Below, in pieces: positions 62,301 to 64,000 of a DNA stretch of 64,000 bases. Under the pieces are notes generated by a model. That model was not told where the DNA came from, made no database searches, and worked only from the letters and a program-made list of their open reading frames with translations. Source of the DNA: Veleropilina oligotropha (lineage: Eukaryota); NCBI GenBank assembly GCA_048128005.1, contig JBEUKZ010000022.1, positions 124,001 to 188,000 of the forward strand, written 5' to 3'. Every line of letters begins with the position of its first letter. Position 1 is the first letter of the stretch. A program made the translations under genes and the position numbers.

Positions 62301-64000
62301 ACGGTCGGCTCTGGCTTGTATGTATTTATTAGACGATTATATGAGAGGCATAACATGGTTTTGTTTTAACCAACATATATTAACGCACTGGCATCGATGT
62401 TTACGGCCATTCTCCATATCATATTAAGAACATGAAATTTGTGTATCAGTTAAAATGTCATATATCCCGACGGGACTCGAACCAGCGATCTCCTGAATTC
62501 CGTCCAGGCGCTCTACCGACTAAGCTACGGGAACTGACGAGAAACATGGCACTGAAACGGATACAGGTGATGATCAGTAACGGTCGGCTCTGGCTTGTAT
62601 GTATTTATTAGACAATTATATGAGAGGCATAACATGGTTTTGTTTTAACCAACATATATTAACGCACTGGCATCGATGTTTACAGCCATTCTCCATATCA
62701 TATTAAGAACATGAAATTTGTGTATCAGTTAAAATGTCATATATCCCGACGGGACTCGAACCAGCGATCTCCTGAATTCCGTCCAGGCGCTCTACCGACT
62801 AAGCTACGGGAACCAACGAGAAACATGACACTGAAACTGATACAGGTGATGACCAGTAACGGTCGGCTCTGGCTTGTATGTATTTATTAGACAATTATAT
62901 GAGAGGCATAACATGGTTTTGTTTTAACCAACATATATTAACACACTGGCATCGATGTTTACGGCCATTCTCCATATCATATTAAGAACATGAAATTTGT
63001 GTATCAGTTAAAATGTCATATATCCCGATGGGACTCGACCCCGTGATCTCCTGAATTCCGTCCAGGTGCTCAACCGACTAAGCTACGGGAACCGAAGAGA
63101 AACATGGCACTGAAACGGATACAGGTGATGACCAGTAACGGTCGGCTCTGGCTTGTATGTATTTATTAGACAATTATATGAGAGGCATAGCATGGTTTTG
63201 TTTTAACCAACATATATTAACCCACTGGCATCGATGTTTACGGCCATTCTCCATATCATATTAAGAACATGAAATTTGTGTATCAGTTAAAATGTCATAT
63301 ATCCCGACGGGACTCGAACCCGCGATCTCCTGAATTCCGTCCAGGCGCTCTACCGACTAAGCTACAGGAACCGACGAGAAACATGGCACTGAAACTGATA
63401 CAGGTGATGACCAGTAACGGTCGGCTCTGGCTTGTATGTATTTATTACACAATTATATGAGAGGCATAACATGGTTTTGTTTTAACCAACATATATTAAC
63501 GCACTGGCATCGATGTCTACTTCCATTCTCCATATCATATTAAGAACATGAAATTTGTGTATCAGCTAAAATGTCATATATCCCGATGGGACTCGAACCC
63601 GCGATCTCCTGAATTCCGTCCAGGCGCTCTACCGACTAAGCTACGGGAACCAACGAGAAACATGGCACTGAAACTGATACAGGTGATGACCAGTAATGGT
63701 TGGCTCTGGCTTGTATGTATTTATTAGACAATTATATGAGAGCCATAACATGGTTTTGTATTAACCAACATATATTAACGCACTGGCATCGATGTTTACG
63801 GCCATTCTCCATATCATGTTAAGAACATGAAATTTGTGTATCAGTTAAAATGTCATATATCCCGACGGGACTCGAACCCTTGATCTCCTGAATTCCGTCC
63901 AGGCGCTCTACCGACTAAGCTACGGGAACCGACGAGAAACATGGCACTGAAACTGATACAGGTGATGACCAGTAACGGTCGGCTCTGGCTTGTATGTATT
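41354..64000 (-). repeat. 279-bp tRNA-derived satellite, right block (about 81 units; continues past the window)
   Basis: Same unit and orientation as the left block. Confidence 0.98.

Noticed and set aside
16490..63460. Recurring short ORFs MKFVYQLKCHISRRDSNPR...
   Set aside because: These are chance translations of the antisense tRNA-like satellite, appearing only where a stop or frame is mutated.
8590..64000. CRISPR array
   Set aside because: Whole units are near-identical with no unique spacers, there are no cas genes, and the context is eukaryotic.

Overview
This is eukaryotic, most likely invertebrate animal, genomic DNA, judged from microsatellites, TTAGGG motifs and CpG-type decay. 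About 43 kb is a tandem array of a 279-bp unit (about 8590-28639 and 41354-64000, roughly 150 copies). Each unit carries a minus-strand tRNA-like cloverleaf with Pol III A/B boxes and a TTTT terminator. Two partial, same-orientation copies of an endogenous Polinton/Maverick-like DNA virus are present. Copy 1 (1-3398) is the right arm: a conserved membrane-anchored protein, a penton-like gene, two more ORFs and a right terminus. Copy 2 (about 28640-41353) sits inside the array and is the left terminus plus a degenerate pPolB-SF1 helicase-HNH fusion, RVE integrase, A32-like ATPase, probable major capsid and small ORFs, truncated on the right. The copies overlap in one gene and their ends form a 27/30 inverted repeat starting GGGGGGACTAGGG. 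A composite genome of about 15 kb can therefore be reconstructed; it has G-run termini and no recognisable adenain protease. Several core genes carry single stops or frameshifts. The 3.4-8.6 kb interval holds hairpins, a long (TA)n and an inverted-repeat-bounded element with an internal ~155-bp minisatellite. All protein family calls come from motif recognition by eye, not database searches.
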